From assembly GCA_977030845.1 (NCBI GenBank), contig OZ365116.1:21080001-21144000 (forward strand): DNA of 64,000 nucleotides, in the 5' to 3' direction. Positions 51,280 to 64,000 of this stretch are shown here, one piece after another; within the stretch, counting starts at the first letter, position 1, and each line of letters begins with the position of its first letter. Source of the stretch: Fimbriosthenelais zetlandica. Taxonomy: Eukaryota. The position numbers were made by a program, and so were the translations under genes. The notes beneath the pieces were generated by a model, which had not been told where the DNA came from, made no database searches, and saw only the letters and a program-made list of their open reading frames with translations.

Positions 51280-54200
51280 AAGTATCTTTGAGAGAATGTA
51301 TGTGTATACTACTTACATTTGAGTGTAAATGACTAAATATCAATGGCACAATACTGTTATTCTAATACAGGCATGTTAGCTGTCATACAGGCTGCCTGTC
51401 AGTGGGCTGACAGGGCCAGGGCCTGTTGACAGGCACAGGACAAGGCGTGTCGATTTCCTCCCAGCCTTTACCTTACAGTGACAGTCTGAAGGGCAGCTTC
51501 CGCTAACAAACAAACAGTCATAAATCATTGTCTGTCAATGACGAGGCGGGACTTCCTTCATTATGATATCATGTCTTTTTTCTTCTTCAAGGCATAAGTT
51601 TTGTATGAACATAAAAGCCCTTATTTATGCTAATATCATACTGAAGACTTTACATTGAATATTGGGTTTAAAAACTATATATCTACCTATTACCCACTTT
51701 GTGGATATACCAAAGCCTGCCCATGTCAAACCGAGTTTGATTAAATTCATCAAAATGTTATAAAAATAATGTAAAGTTAATCTGGATGAGGGCTAAGTCA
51801 ATGTGGGTCGTGTTAATAGCATGGTAGCATAAAATGTGTCATCCATCACAGTTGCTACATAGGCAATGAGTTGACTATGTTTACTGGCATATAGCATTCC
51901 TGTCCCTGGCAATTATGTGGCCTATCACTATATATAGAGGTGTCTGTGTGGGCTTGGGGCTCATTAAGACCTATATATAAACCTGGGAGGAAAAAGCAAG
52001 GTCTTCTTCTATGGAAAATAACGAGGTTTGACTTCTATTGAATGGCAGGAGAGGCAGGTGGTCTAAAAATAATTATTACACCTTCAAGATAAATCAAAAT
52101 AAATTTACACTTTCCTGTACTTAGAAATCCATATAAATTGGATTTTAGTTTCCAATATACCTTTCTCCAAAATTGCAATTGTCCTGCACCCAGTGTTGCG
52201 AGCTGGGATATGAACGGGCGGCCATGTCTCCTTCTGCCTGTGGTGCGCAAGAGGCATGTAACAGTTGGACTGGAGGGGATTTAAATAGTAATTACACAGA
52301 AAACATAGGGAAGAACGGCTTCCGGCCCCCCGACTATAGCGGCTCATTGTATCTCGTCCCTCCTCGATGAAAAAAGTGTAATAAAACCAAATCAGTAAAA
52401 CATTATTTGATATTGGGAAGAGTCGCCTCATGCTGTATCATGTTATTGCCAGGGTGAGGTATACGCTATGCTTGGGGTATGAAAAGTCAGGCCTGGAATC
52501 TGACTGCCACAGGCAGGTATTTGGCCCACCAGGTTGCTGGGGACCTCCCGTGTAGTCAGGGCTTCAGGGCATGGATCATTCAGTGATATTTGATCCCAGA
52601 TCCTGTTATGATAGAATGTTTGACACTGTAGGCTACAGTTCTACAGTTCCCATACATGCCCCCGACTGTTAATTGATATTAATTACATTTTCTTGATATA
52701 GTGAACAATTTTCAGGCTGATAAACATTGTGATCTATTACATTTTATCCTTGCAATGAAACTATAGCTGGTCTTGCCTATGATCATTACTTATTGTCTGG
52801 AAGCACTCTACACCTCAGCTCAAGTAAACATGTCGTTTAGAATGCACACATTAGTTTATTATACATAGTCATGGGATTCCATTTGAAACTATGAACAGAT
52901 GCAATAAAACACCATCCAACTGGCTGGCTTCAGAACTTTCCTAATGTGGTGAGGCTTTGATGATAAAATATTGGTAATTATTAATGCAAACTAACTGAAT
53001 CTGATAAGTCTATGGACTTATTGATTTATCCCAGTGATACCAGATAAAATGGCAATCCAGCCGGCTGATAATGACTTATTTCGCCCATTCAAACCTCCCC
53101 TTTCATTTTGAGAGTGATGTAATCAGATCTGTTCTTCATTTTCTTTCCTAATTACAATTTCTGTTTGATTCAGCGAAGAAAAACAACTTTCATTCTGCTC
53201 CAGTGAACTGGAGTCAGGATCATCTCTGCAGGACACAAATAACACATTCTCTGATGAAATATGTTGATAAAAAGCATTTCCTCTCAAGAAATTGATACCA
53301 GGAATAGAATTTGTAAAAGATGATTTGTATTGAATGGATATTCTAATCATAGAATAAACATGCCTAGAAGCATCTGTATTAGATAAGCATAATTAGGCAA
53401 AATTTGCCTACTGTTGACACCATGATAAATTTTCAAAGGAACAAAATGCAAACAATCTAGTTGACAATTACATGGAGTGGAGCAAGATGAAGTGTCTGCG
53501 AATAAGCTAGCCATCTTAAGTGCAGAGCAATGTAGTTGAATGGCGGGAGAAGTCAGAGAGGCTGAGTGTAGTTGATTCCAGTGTGTGGAGCATCAGACTG
53601 TGTTTAGATCTATAAAGTCTATAGATTCAGCTGGTGAAGCAACATAAGATCTAGTCAGGAAAAGACAGGCTAAAGATGCTAAGGCCCTAACAGATTAACT
53701 GACATTAATCACCAAAATGTCTTCATTTGACTGCTGAACTACGTACCTTGATCAAATACATTCCAGATTTGCAATTTTTTGCTTTAAGAAATTCTCCAGT
53801 GTAGACTGAACGAAGACATTTCACCAGGGGTTTTAATGCCATATTATTGGTGGTGATTTTCATTAGATAATGCTAGGTAACACTTAGCGGACTGGAAGGT
53901 TGATGTTGAGTTATCAGCTTATTGTTGACAGATAGCCCCCAGTCGGCTCCTCGCTTCCCCATACATGTATCACCACCGCCTCTAGAACTAAGATTGGTCC
54001 CCGGGCCTCGAGTGAAGAGGAAAAGATCGGTGTTTTATGGTTGATAGATGGGTTTTGAATAGCCTACCTTCCACAATTTATATCTCAGTTTATATCAGGC
54101 CTCTTATCTAACTTTTGCCTCCAGGTCGCCTGCAAATATGCTGTAAAATCTACTGATGAAGTAGCTTTTAGAAGTGAAGCATTTTACTCATACATATACC

Positions 54201-57021
54201 CCAGTCATTACTAAACCACAGACTTATATTAAATTGACATGAGAGGGAATGAAAAGATAAAATCAGTACATTCGAAGGAACATTTTTATAGCTTCCACTG
54301 CACAGCCAATTTATCAAACCAATCCAATTTGCAGAAAACACTGTTGTTTGTCGGTCTCTAGGGTTTTTCTATTTTGATTTTAAAGTTAAGACCAGCGTTT
54401 TCGGTCACTTTTTTGAAGCGTTTACAAGAACCAAAGCAGCAAGCCCATTAGAGGAAGGCAGGTCATTGGCTTCAGACCTGAGGGCCTTAATGGGCTAAAG
54501 GTCCTTTCCTCAGCAGATCGGTGGGGCTTCATTGTGCTTATCCATGTGCAGGTGGCCATTAGGTCCTCCCCCTCTTTTTTCAAACACGTGGGGCCCTGCT
54601 CATTATCTATCTGTAGCTTTCCATTTCAGTAAATATCTTTCTCCGCGTCTCACTTTTTTACTTGCAAAAATGGGTCCCGAAACAAAACCTGATATTCTCA
54701 AAAAGTAATCCCGCAAAGCGTCAGCTCCCCACCCCAATAAAAATGAGGACAAAACCAGCCATCCTGTCAAACAGAAATCCATGCTGTGACGGGCCAGAAT
54801 AGAAAAAAACATGTCTTATCAAATGACCATCCAAACAATTTCTTACATCATTGAATGCATATCAGCTAACAGCCTCCTAGCCCCTACCTCTCTCCCTTAA
54901 CACCTACACCACCATTAGCTTTTAATCCCACTAAAAACAGGGTCTGGGAAAGCAGGGCTAGCTTCAGGCGATCCAATATTTACCAAGTCACCAGCCCTGC
55001 CTTCCCTACAGTTTACTTTTAATTAAGGACAATGCCCAGCAAAGGTCTTGCATGTATACTTTACTTGCTGCCGTCCAAAGTTTTTAGTCGTGGGAGACGT
55101 ACCAGGTGTACAATATCTCTCATACCTCATATGTTTGGGGTAGATAATCAATGGAAAATTTAATATATATTTCTAATATATCTCACCCTGAAAAGAGAAT
55201 GATGGCTTCCCCCAGTAATTTTAAATATTGTTGTCAGAGGTCTTCGGGTCCATTAGACCAAACGCTCTGCATCCAGATGTGAGAGATTTGACGTATAGTA
55301 CAAGGACTGGTCAAGCAGTTAATAACTGTCCATCTCCCCCTCCACTATACCACATAAATCAATACTAGTGTTCCTATCAGCCGGCTCTCACTGACATTAT
55401 CTACAGCCACATTCACAATGTATGCTCATCTACATATGAATCAGTGGTGGATGGAGCAGGGAAGGCGTGCTGATAAGCTTCCTCGTCCTTATTCTCCTAT
55501 TTCTATTACATATTCTGACATGACGGGTCAAACATTGATATTGTAGTGATGATCATACAATTCGCTATCATATTCCCTTCCCTCTCCATTCTAAACTATT
55601 ACACTATAGTGACTCTGTACTATGAATCATATTGTCTTATCTACATATTGTCATTTCTCCTGGACTCTTATTATAGAATACCTTTTTAACTTGTAATGCT
55701 TGGCCAAGGTCTGCAGCTTTCTTTCAATTCTCTACTTTAGTTTCTGTATTTCGGTTTTCAGTGTTTACCTGAGAGACGTCTATTCCCATTTAAGTTTCAT
55801 TTTCAGTGGATCTTCAGCTCAGACGCCGAATATTTGACGTCTCCGTTGATATTACTACTCCGTATTGCTCGTATCCTACACTGCTTTGTATTTAAATCTG
55901 CAATCAACTTAAATTTCTTATATTTTGAGAAGGTTTCGCCAGAAAAAAGGCATGGATGGGTTATGTGTGTACCCTGAGCAGCCAACACTGTGGCTCTCAT
56001 TTTAGCAGCAATAGGTGGATGCTGGGTTAAGGTTGACAAGAGAGTTTGATTTCATTTGACTGGGGAAATAACCCTGTCTCACCTCCTCCCAGTTCCTGTC
56101 CTCCTACTCCTCCTACAGGCCTAGCTGGGCTCCTGTCAAAGCCTGAGGGCAATGGCCCTTCTCGTCCTCGGTGGGCCCATGCATCAAACTGGACATGTGA
56201 TTTGGTGCTGATTTGAATCGCCCGCTCGGCATGACCTTTCGCGCTCTGATTACATTGGTGGCGTTGGGCGAGCTCAATCAGGGGTTCAATCTGCCACTGA
56301 TAGGGTTCAGAGGGCTAGTCATTATAGCAGAGTGTCACTGCTAAAACATGGTCCAGACTGTCCAGGTATTAAAGGGCAAACAGCGTTATACGGCATGGCA
56401 ATCTGCAGGCAAAGGCCGGAGAGCCGGGTTGGGGTTCTTCTGGCTTGTTTGAATGTTATAATATTCCATGCCTGCACGCTATTTGATTCTGGCCTCTAAG
56501 TAAAACTCGGAGCATAAGAGATGAATTTGAAATAGTCATGGAAACCTATATCAAAAAGTGCTCCGAAAGTGTTTATTTTTACTCTAGGCATGATTTCTCT
56601 CTTACATAATGCCAAAGGGCACTTTCAACAGTTGCCAGATAATGTTAGTTAGAGGATAAGGTCTGGAGAAGATCTCACTCTGATCTCTTGTGAAATGGTG
56701 GCCACTTAGTGCAGCACCAGGTCCAGTCCTTGTCTCCTGTCCTTCCCACTGATTCCAGGCTTTTTTCACTTGTCATTAAACTGGCCACATGGCCTACATT
56801 CTGATTGCACTATAAACCTTTACCTTCATGTTGTATAACTCAGTATACAAGTACGAACTAGTAGGTTTTCGTATTCTGTATAAAATAAAAGTAGCGTAGA
56901 GGGACATGGCCATTGACAAACTTGACATACTCCTCGCCCCGGGCTTGTTGACTTGCTATCCCCCACCGTAATGTTTTATCAACAGTCAGGCCCTTAGTGG
57001 AATTATAAGTAAAGCCGTCAG

Positions 57022-57400
57022 TTGATTTCTAGTATATCCAACAACATGCATATCTATAGAAACACTATAGGGATTTCCAACGACCAATTGGACGGCGCAC
57101 TTTTAGCTGCATTAGAAGAGCAATTGGTCTCTGATGGAATCCGTCTACGTTTATTTTTGTTTGACGCAAGAGCAGGTATTCATATATATGGGGGTGATAC
57201 CCATCAGCATTGGAAACAAACTCACTGCTGAATTTTGGCAGCATTTAGGTGCTTTGATGCTGCGGCCAATTTATATTTTCCCTGACCTCGAACTTAGATG
57301 GACGTTGCCAAGTTAAAGCTGGCCACTTTCAAATTGGAAGATTTGATGAGGAGATTTTGCATTGAGACCAAAAGATATAGCCGAAGCTTACGATCATAAT
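57022..57400 (+). pseudogene. Decayed coding fragment, most likely Penelope-like RT
   Basis: Two overlapping short ORFs give, in order: LIS...IYRNTI (~LVS..SLYTNIP), GALLAALEEQLVSD, YF.FD, MGVIPIS (~MG.P+S), EFWQH...LRP (~EFE...LKP), a degenerate R..D ~37 codons after MG, and RFCIE (~+FT+E). An alternative DEDDh-exonuclease reading exists (see findings). Confidence 0.4.
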
Positions 57401-57570
57401 CCCATGGATAAGTTTCCATCTATAGTTGGATTCTCAAAAGTTATCATTCATTCCTCGTAACATGCATTTGATTCAAATAATTCTCCTGCAGCAAAGTTTT
57501 CTATCCCTCTTAGTCTTACAACTGTTCCCATGGCACACAATGCCCACCAGGCCAAATCAATAACTCTTAA

Positions 57571-57573
<3 letters not shown>

Positions 57574-57615
<42 letters not shown>
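57574..57615 (+). repeat. (CT)n microsatellite
   Basis: ~21 uninterrupted CT units. Confidence 0.97.
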
Positions 57616-57618
<3 letters not shown>

Positions 57619-59601
57619 TTTTCCATCCTATCAATGCGAGGCTACTAAACTGTGGGCTACTAAACTGCCGTTACAATGCTTGCTTTAGGCCTCACGCTAC
57701 AAAATCCCACACGGGAGCATTATGTCTAGTGGAAAATCTCTCTCGGGAGGTCTTCTCTACATACCTTGATAAATCTTGTCAAAAACGTTTGAATGAGACG
57801 TGGGGAGATTCTCAGTGGAGGAAATACGGCCAGACCGGGAGCATTTTACTCTCATTATAGTAAAGTTTGTCTTTAAATGGTTGATAAAAACTAAACTCTT
57901 GTATCGGCAATAAAGGAGCTTTATGGGAATTAAAAACGATGTACTGCACTAGGTTTTGCAGCTAGAATATCTTATCTTATCTGTTAGTTACTTTCAGATG
58001 GAATATACAGTCTAAATGCAATGTATATACCATTAAATCCTCGTATGTACAATGACTCGGCTTTGGGATATATGTATAGTTAGCCTGCTTACTTTGCTAG
58101 TATTCCTTCAATAGCCTGAAGCTATCACTGGCATAAATATTTCTGCAAAGACTACATTTATCGTATTTTACTATATACACTATTTTTTAGTTGTATCACA
58201 TGGATGGATGTTTTTGGAGTATTTTTCAATCAAACCTTCAATGTACCCTTCCAGTGTTGAGCATCTGGAACATGGAAGGCATTTCTCCAAAGTTCACTGC
58301 AAAAGAAACATTTTTGCCATGAAAGTCATCTTGTCCATTCTGTGCTGGGCACATATTTGAGGGTATCAGGACAAGGTTGAGGTAGTTAGATAGGGTGTCG
58401 ACCTTATCGTGGGAACCCTGTGTAATGTTTCTATCAGGGAGGAAGCCAAGACTGGGTCTGATACTAGTACTCCAAGCCTCAACATGAAAGCCTGCCTCCC
58501 AACGCATCCATCAACGCCACAAAGCTGATCCCTCAACAAACCTTAACTCCACTTACACTAGGCCACCTTTCTATGTTTGTAAATACCGACCAGCTCTCGT
58601 ATGTTAATGCAAATCTCATGTCTTTTCACTTTTGGATTTCTATGAAAAGCTCTTGTTAAATGTTAAATTTTAAACAAGCAATGGGACACAGTGGGATAGT
58701 GGAGCGCTAAATTATGCACGCCTATTGGATTCATGTTTCCTTGATGAGAAATTGTTAGATATTTTCACTCGAATTATCTGTCCTACATTGATGATTTGAA
58801 ATATATGGAACGTGTTTCGTATTGGGTAAGTTCAGATCAAAGTTAGTTATACAAACTCGATAGGAAATTGGTCCAGTGTGACAGAATACCGACTCTCTAG
58901 TTGAAGGTAGAGTGGATTACAAAGGTTCTCGGGGTGAGAAAAGGGTTTGGAATTTTCAACAAGGGTTCCGGACCATTCTGACAAGAAAAAAAGATGGATG
59001 TGGAGGATTATATGTTACCAAATTGTGAAAAATAACTCCTCTGTGAATAATTGTGTGTCATGAAGATTGAAGAGAGTCATCTTTTCTCCTACCAAAATAT
59101 CTAAAGCAATCCAGGAGCAACAGTGATTTTTCATTCACTATGATTATTTCTTTTGACTAATTTAAATGCAATAGTACCGCTATAATTCTTGAGGAGACAC
59201 AATTGGGAAAAATGCTGAAGAAGAGCCAAATTTAATCATGTATCAAATAATGAGATATTGTATAGTTTTCAGCATTGGAAGTGAAAAAGCGGCCAGGACG
59301 TTCATATTAAAACAGTGTTCAGTTGCACATAATATCGCCCAGGCCAGCTGGATCATGCCTTTCTCCATTTATCGCTCACTTAGCCTCACGTGACTTGGCG
59401 TGTGAGGTTTACCTGGTGAGCTTCCGGCACACCTCAGTGAGGAATGATGGGAATGTTTTGTTTTGGAGGCTAGCATATCAAGGATGACATTATGGTGCAG
59501 GTCTTAGGACTCTCTAAAATACTTCAAAAGTTGCTTCTTGGGCAGGATGATCTGGTTAAAGAACATTGTCCAAATGTCAAGTGCTCTCCCCCTATTTCCC
59601 T

Positions 59602-59825
59602 AGCTCTCTCTCTCTCTCTCCCTCTCTCTCTCTCTCTGTGTCTCTCTATATGGCTCTCTCTGTCTCTTTCTATGGCTCTCTGTTTCTGTCTCATTATGTC
59701 TCTGTCACCTCCCCCTTCTCAATCACTTCTCTGTCAGTCTCTCTCTCTGTCTCTTTCTATGGCTCTCTGTTTCTGTCTCTGTCACTTTCCCTTTCTCCAT
59801 CACTTCTCTGTCAGTCTCTCGCTCT
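59602..59825 (+). repeat. CT-rich compound repeat containing an internal ~80-bp duplication
   Basis: ctctctgtctctttctatggctctctgtttctgtctc...atcacttctctgtcagtctctc occurs twice (~59655-59745 and ~59741-59820), after a (CT)n run. Confidence 0.85.
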
Positions 59826-60829
59826 GTCCAGAAGTAGCTGCCCTCTTATAGTAGCTTCTTATATATATATCATTGCCGGATAGAGACTTGTCATTGCCAC
59901 TTATTTGACTTTTAACAGCGGTTCGAATGCCCTTCAAAGCAGGGCAAAAGTTGCAACGAAGCCAAATTTTATTGAAAACGAATTCCCATGTCTGCCATAC
60001 CCTAACTGCATTAAAGATGGAAGTTTTAGTAACGAGGTTATGTATTATTGCCTGTTGGCTACCCACCCACGCTCTTACCTTCTCCAATTCAAGTAGATGC
60101 TTGGGAAGGGAATCGATCGCTAGGGAATAATTCTCGAATTGCAGCCACTGTAATGCTTGCAAATATATATATGTGTCCGGGATATTTGAATACTGGCATT
60201 GATATCTCATAAAGGAAAGACTTCATGTCGGTATTGTAAAACTGATAAGATATTGTACATAATGATATTAGCTGACATTTTATAATGATGTCATTCTAAA
60301 TCTGTTGAACATTTACTACAAGTCTGTTTTATAGAAAATGACTATGTACACTACCTTCCTTGATAAATAACTATTAGTTTATAGCACTTTTGAATACAAA
60401 GTTTCTTTACTGATCTACTTGGAGGTATATCATGTTTAACTTTCCTTTTCTGCCTTTCTTTGTAATAAATAATGTACATGTTAAGTCCGAAACATCAATT
60501 TAACCTTTGACCCATCAAGTAGAGCGGGTGCTGATCCAGGCATGAGGGAATGATGGATTGGAGAGTGAGGAGAAAGCAGTGACTGGCCAAGTGTGAATTT
60601 ATAAGGCGGGGGTTGACAGTGGGAGGTGTCACTCTCAGACCTGACAATGATACATGGACACTGCATGCATGAATAAATATTTACAGGACGATCCTTGATC
60701 GAGCTTAAAAGTGGCGAGGCATTATAGAAACACTCAGCCACTTCTCAACTCTACAATGGCTTTCTCATGGCTTGCACATGCTTCTTTTCTAAGGAAAGTG
60801 ATCTAAGAATTGATCTGAAATTGAAACAA

Positions 60830-60874
60830 GGTATTTATAACGGCTGGTATAGATGGTATTTATAACGGCTGGTA
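60830..60874 (+). repeat. 25-bp period duplication
   Basis: ggtatttataacggctggta at 60830 and 60855. Confidence 0.9.
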
Positions 60875-61217
60875 CGATTTGGACTCGTCAAGACTGTCCA
60901 GTGTCACATAGATCTATGCATCAATGAAATACCTTTTTTGAAATATACGAATAAGTGTCGAAAAACGCAGTACATGTATATACCTGTGGCCCATTACCAA
61001 GACCTGCTGATTTCATTAGCCCACGTTGCACTAAATTCAAATGTAAAACCTACATAAATATTAATGCTTGAAGTTGAAACCAGCTGGGATATGTTTGAAG
61101 CGTATGAAAAAGCTTTTAGCACATCCAGTTGGAGTTGTTAAATAATGGAAATGCACCCAATTATTTCTAAGTTAGGGCTTGAGAAATTGAATCTCTTGTA
61201 TACGCATACAACTGCTT

Positions 61218-61345
61218 TGGAAGGAGGGGTGGGGAGCGGGATTGGGGGAAGGAGGAAGTAGGGGATTGGGGGAAGGAATGGGTGGGGGATGGGGGATAAG
61301 AAGATATATGAGGGGATGGGGAGGGGGGGAGGGGTTGGGGGCGTG
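61218..61345 (+). repeat. G-run-rich low-complexity tract (G-quadruplex potential)
   Basis: More than ten GGG+ runs on the plus strand, including the internal repeat ggattgggggaagga x2. Confidence 0.75.
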
Positions 61346-62395
61346 ATGAGGCAGGCAGGTCAATGATATTGAGCTGAGAATGTATGATTAGCAGATAACT
61401 TCCATTTACATGGCGGCTTATCATCACAGCATCGATTACAACTTTTTACTTTACATTTCTCTACTGGGAACTGGCGGGGGATTAGACAGAAGACAGTGAG
61501 ACAGGCTGGGAGGCTGGGAGGATGATAGCCATGTCGTCTTCACAATAACAGCTGTGCTGGGGATATATATTACAATATTTCCCCAACTCAAACACTGCTC
61601 ATTCTCACCATTCCTAATCAATACAGAGATACACAAGGAGAAAAACCTCCTTAAATATTTTCCAATTATCAGAGTTGTCTTTTGCCTGGTACTGCTATTA
61701 CAGCCTCACACTGCACTAAGGCGATTAACACATAAAACAACACGCGGAACATTCACTTGGGACAGCTGCGATTCTATTAGAAATATTAAAAAATAATCCC
61801 CCACTTAATAAATCACTGTTTTAATTCAGCCTGTTTGTACAGGTCATATAGAAGCGGCCAGTACGTTTAATCAATGTTGTATTTAGGCCCCCTCTTCTTT
61901 GAGAATACAAGGAAACAGAGGAAAAGCTCGGATAGATAGGAAAAGGGAAACCTGATTCAAAATTATTAAGTATGTGATTATCCGATTATGCAAAAGCCAT
62001 TTATGGAATTTTTCATATATCCTGGATGTAAGTCGTTTGATGCCATTTGCCAACCTTGCAGGCGATAACAGAACGGGTCTAGAGAGAAACAAAGGAAAAA
62101 TAAGCAAATAATGGAAAGTAAACGCAGGGGGGTTAAAAGGGTGCAGAATCATCTGAGGGGAAATCGATGGAAAGCCAATGTACTCAGAGCCAATGATAAA
62201 AACAGATCAAGGTTACAAAGTCCACAATTATTGAAAATCCATAATCTCACTTCAATATTTAGAATCCGACATAATTGCTTTTCTCTTATTGGTGCATATC
62301 GAGTGAAATGTCTGTCTGGCCGATTAGTGTACATTTTTCAACAAATCTAATTAATTTGAGTCTCGCAGATTTACTATTTATTTATTCTTTTTCAG

Positions 62396-62452
62396 GTGTT
62401 GGACTCGCTTTCCTGCGACACATCATGTCGAGATTCAATACCCTTCTCAAAG
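62396..62452 (+). other. Candidate 57-nt internal exon of an unidentified plus-strand transcript
   Basis: ctaat branch-like site, then ttactatttatttattctttttcag acceptor ending at 62395, and donor AG|GTAAGT at 62453. Length is a multiple of 3 and all three frames are open (e.g. GVGLAFLRHIMSRFNTLLK). Confidence 0.45.
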
Positions 62453-64000
62453 GTAAGTTGAAGTTGATAAGTTGATATCGCCATTTAGAGTTTGATTAGA
62501 ACATTCACCAAAAATCTCAACTTGCAGACCTGAAAATGAAACAAATCTGCTTTAAATTCCTTTAAACGTTTCTGTTGTTTTAATAGGAAAACACTGTTGT
62601 AACTATATACCATGTTCTACGAATACATCAACACTTTCTGATGGTAGGATTTTAAGTGTTTCGAGCAGAGGGCCCTATATATAAGATAGCGTCCTCAGTA
62701 CACCCTCTTTTGTCCTCGGCAAACCCCCATTTCTGACCAACACAATACTTTAAATTCTGTGCAAACCACTGTACCCAAGGGGCATTATTCCTCGGTAAGA
62801 CCCACTTTCTGAGAATAAGGACTCCAAACTAACATCTAAAGAGCAATTAGCATGGGCTGTAGCTGATAATCATGGGTGTAATAGATGCATTATAGGCTAT
62901 ATGCTCCCGGAACCTCACCACATTATAAAGAAATCCACCCACCCTCGCCACAAACCCCGGCAAACAGCTTTGTTTTAAGACCACTTACTTGTAGACCCAC
63001 CTTTAAATAGACTCGCATATCAAGACTGACAAGTAGGGAATCACACAACCCTCAGAAGGCAGGCGAGCCATTGGGGAACTACATTTAGTGGCGGATGAAT
63101 ACGTCGCTGGCCTGTTTACCCAGCTTGGGTTCAGGGATTAAGTTCACAGGACATGCACATTAAGCGGGAACGCCAGGCTTGTTTTTACCAAGTGCTGGGT
63201 TTGGCGATGGAATGAGAGCAAATTGAAGATGACATGGACTTGCTGGAACATGCTTCCAATTTACTCATGTCAAAGTTGTGCTTTTAAACATTCAATCTTA
63301 GCAACAGGGCATAAAATAAGATAAGATGTTGATGCCTGAAATAAGCCTGTTCAGATGGTGCTGCTGAAGTCTGTATAAGGACCGACGTTAAGTCTAGTGA
63401 TATAAGAACCTAAACTTCTTCGTCCATGTGATATACGATCTCATGCTTGAGAAAAAACAGGTCACACATTTTATCCCTACATTTGGTCCCACAAATCCAG
63501 GAAAATGTCGGAATTTACTTCTTTCTGGGACAAAATCCCGGCTGTAAACACAAGCATGAGCAAAGGAATGTCTGTGATGTATGCGATACTTTCTGAACTA
63601 TTGGCTCCCTCCCCGGACAATGTGAACAAGAAAAGTCCAACTTTGTGACAGGGAGAAATGGCGGGTCATGGCCAGACGTATCTAACTCACGCTGGCTGTG
63701 CATGCTTTTTTCTCCACTGCCCAACTCCCAGGCGGCCGTGAATTATGTCTTCTCCAGCAAAGTATGGATTTCTTATCATCAAAAAGTGATAATGCTGAGC
63801 CTACTGTCACCATGTCTTGCGTAACCATCGTTTTTTTCTATAATTCCAGGAATGCATTTGACATGCCAACTTAACAGTAAGGGTCAAATGTCAAACGCTC
63901 TTTATTGGCCTAATTACTTTAATTAAGGGGCTTGTGGTGGCGTTGTTACATCTGAGTAATTGGTGGAGACTTGGCTGTCACAGCTAGCCCGCAGTGCCAT

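Noticed and set aside
59920-59935. B-box-like ggttcgaatgcc suggesting a tRNA
   Set aside because: No A box or cloverleaf upstream.
59800-60210. 136-aa minus-strand ORF with LINE-like FENYSL...LELEKVR
   Set aside because: Possibly a LINE RT C-terminal relic, but the matches are too weak to call; not a credible gene.
1-64000. The ~150 short (60-150 aa) ORFs in the six-frame track
   Set aside because: Lengths are as expected by chance, many use non-ATG starts or low-complexity sequence, and none shows a recognisable intact domain. Those overlapping TE relics are described as such.

Overview
AT-rich, CpG-depleted animal genomic DNA, with no prokaryotic-style gene organisation and no CRISPR. The sequence style is compatible with an invertebrate, but the taxon cannot be determined. 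Only one protein-coding gene is well supported: an intronless-CDS class A (rhodopsin-like) peptide-type GPCR of the FMRFamide-receptor/sex-peptide-receptor-like group, on the minus strand (36870-38669, 599 aa). It has an unusually long (~255 aa) Ser/Thr-rich, heavily N-glycosylatable N-terminus and is preceded by a strong splice acceptor and two uORFs. The rest is non-coding: highly decayed retroelement relics (three Penelope-like fragments, several LINE-like fragments, two tRNA-derived SINE-like heads), mini- and microsatellites, purine/pyrimidine tracts and several transcription-factor motif clusters. I found no compelling evidence for a new multi-gene system. The best leads are (i) possible uORF/alternative-start control of a long versus short receptor ectodomain, (ii) two strong plus-strand micro-exon candidates 33 kb apart that would place the GPCR antisense inside an intron of another transcript, and (iii) an orphan CpG-dense promoter-like island containing a duplicated palindromic module at ~20.5-20.8 kb. 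All family assignments come from motifs recognised by eye; no database searches were run.
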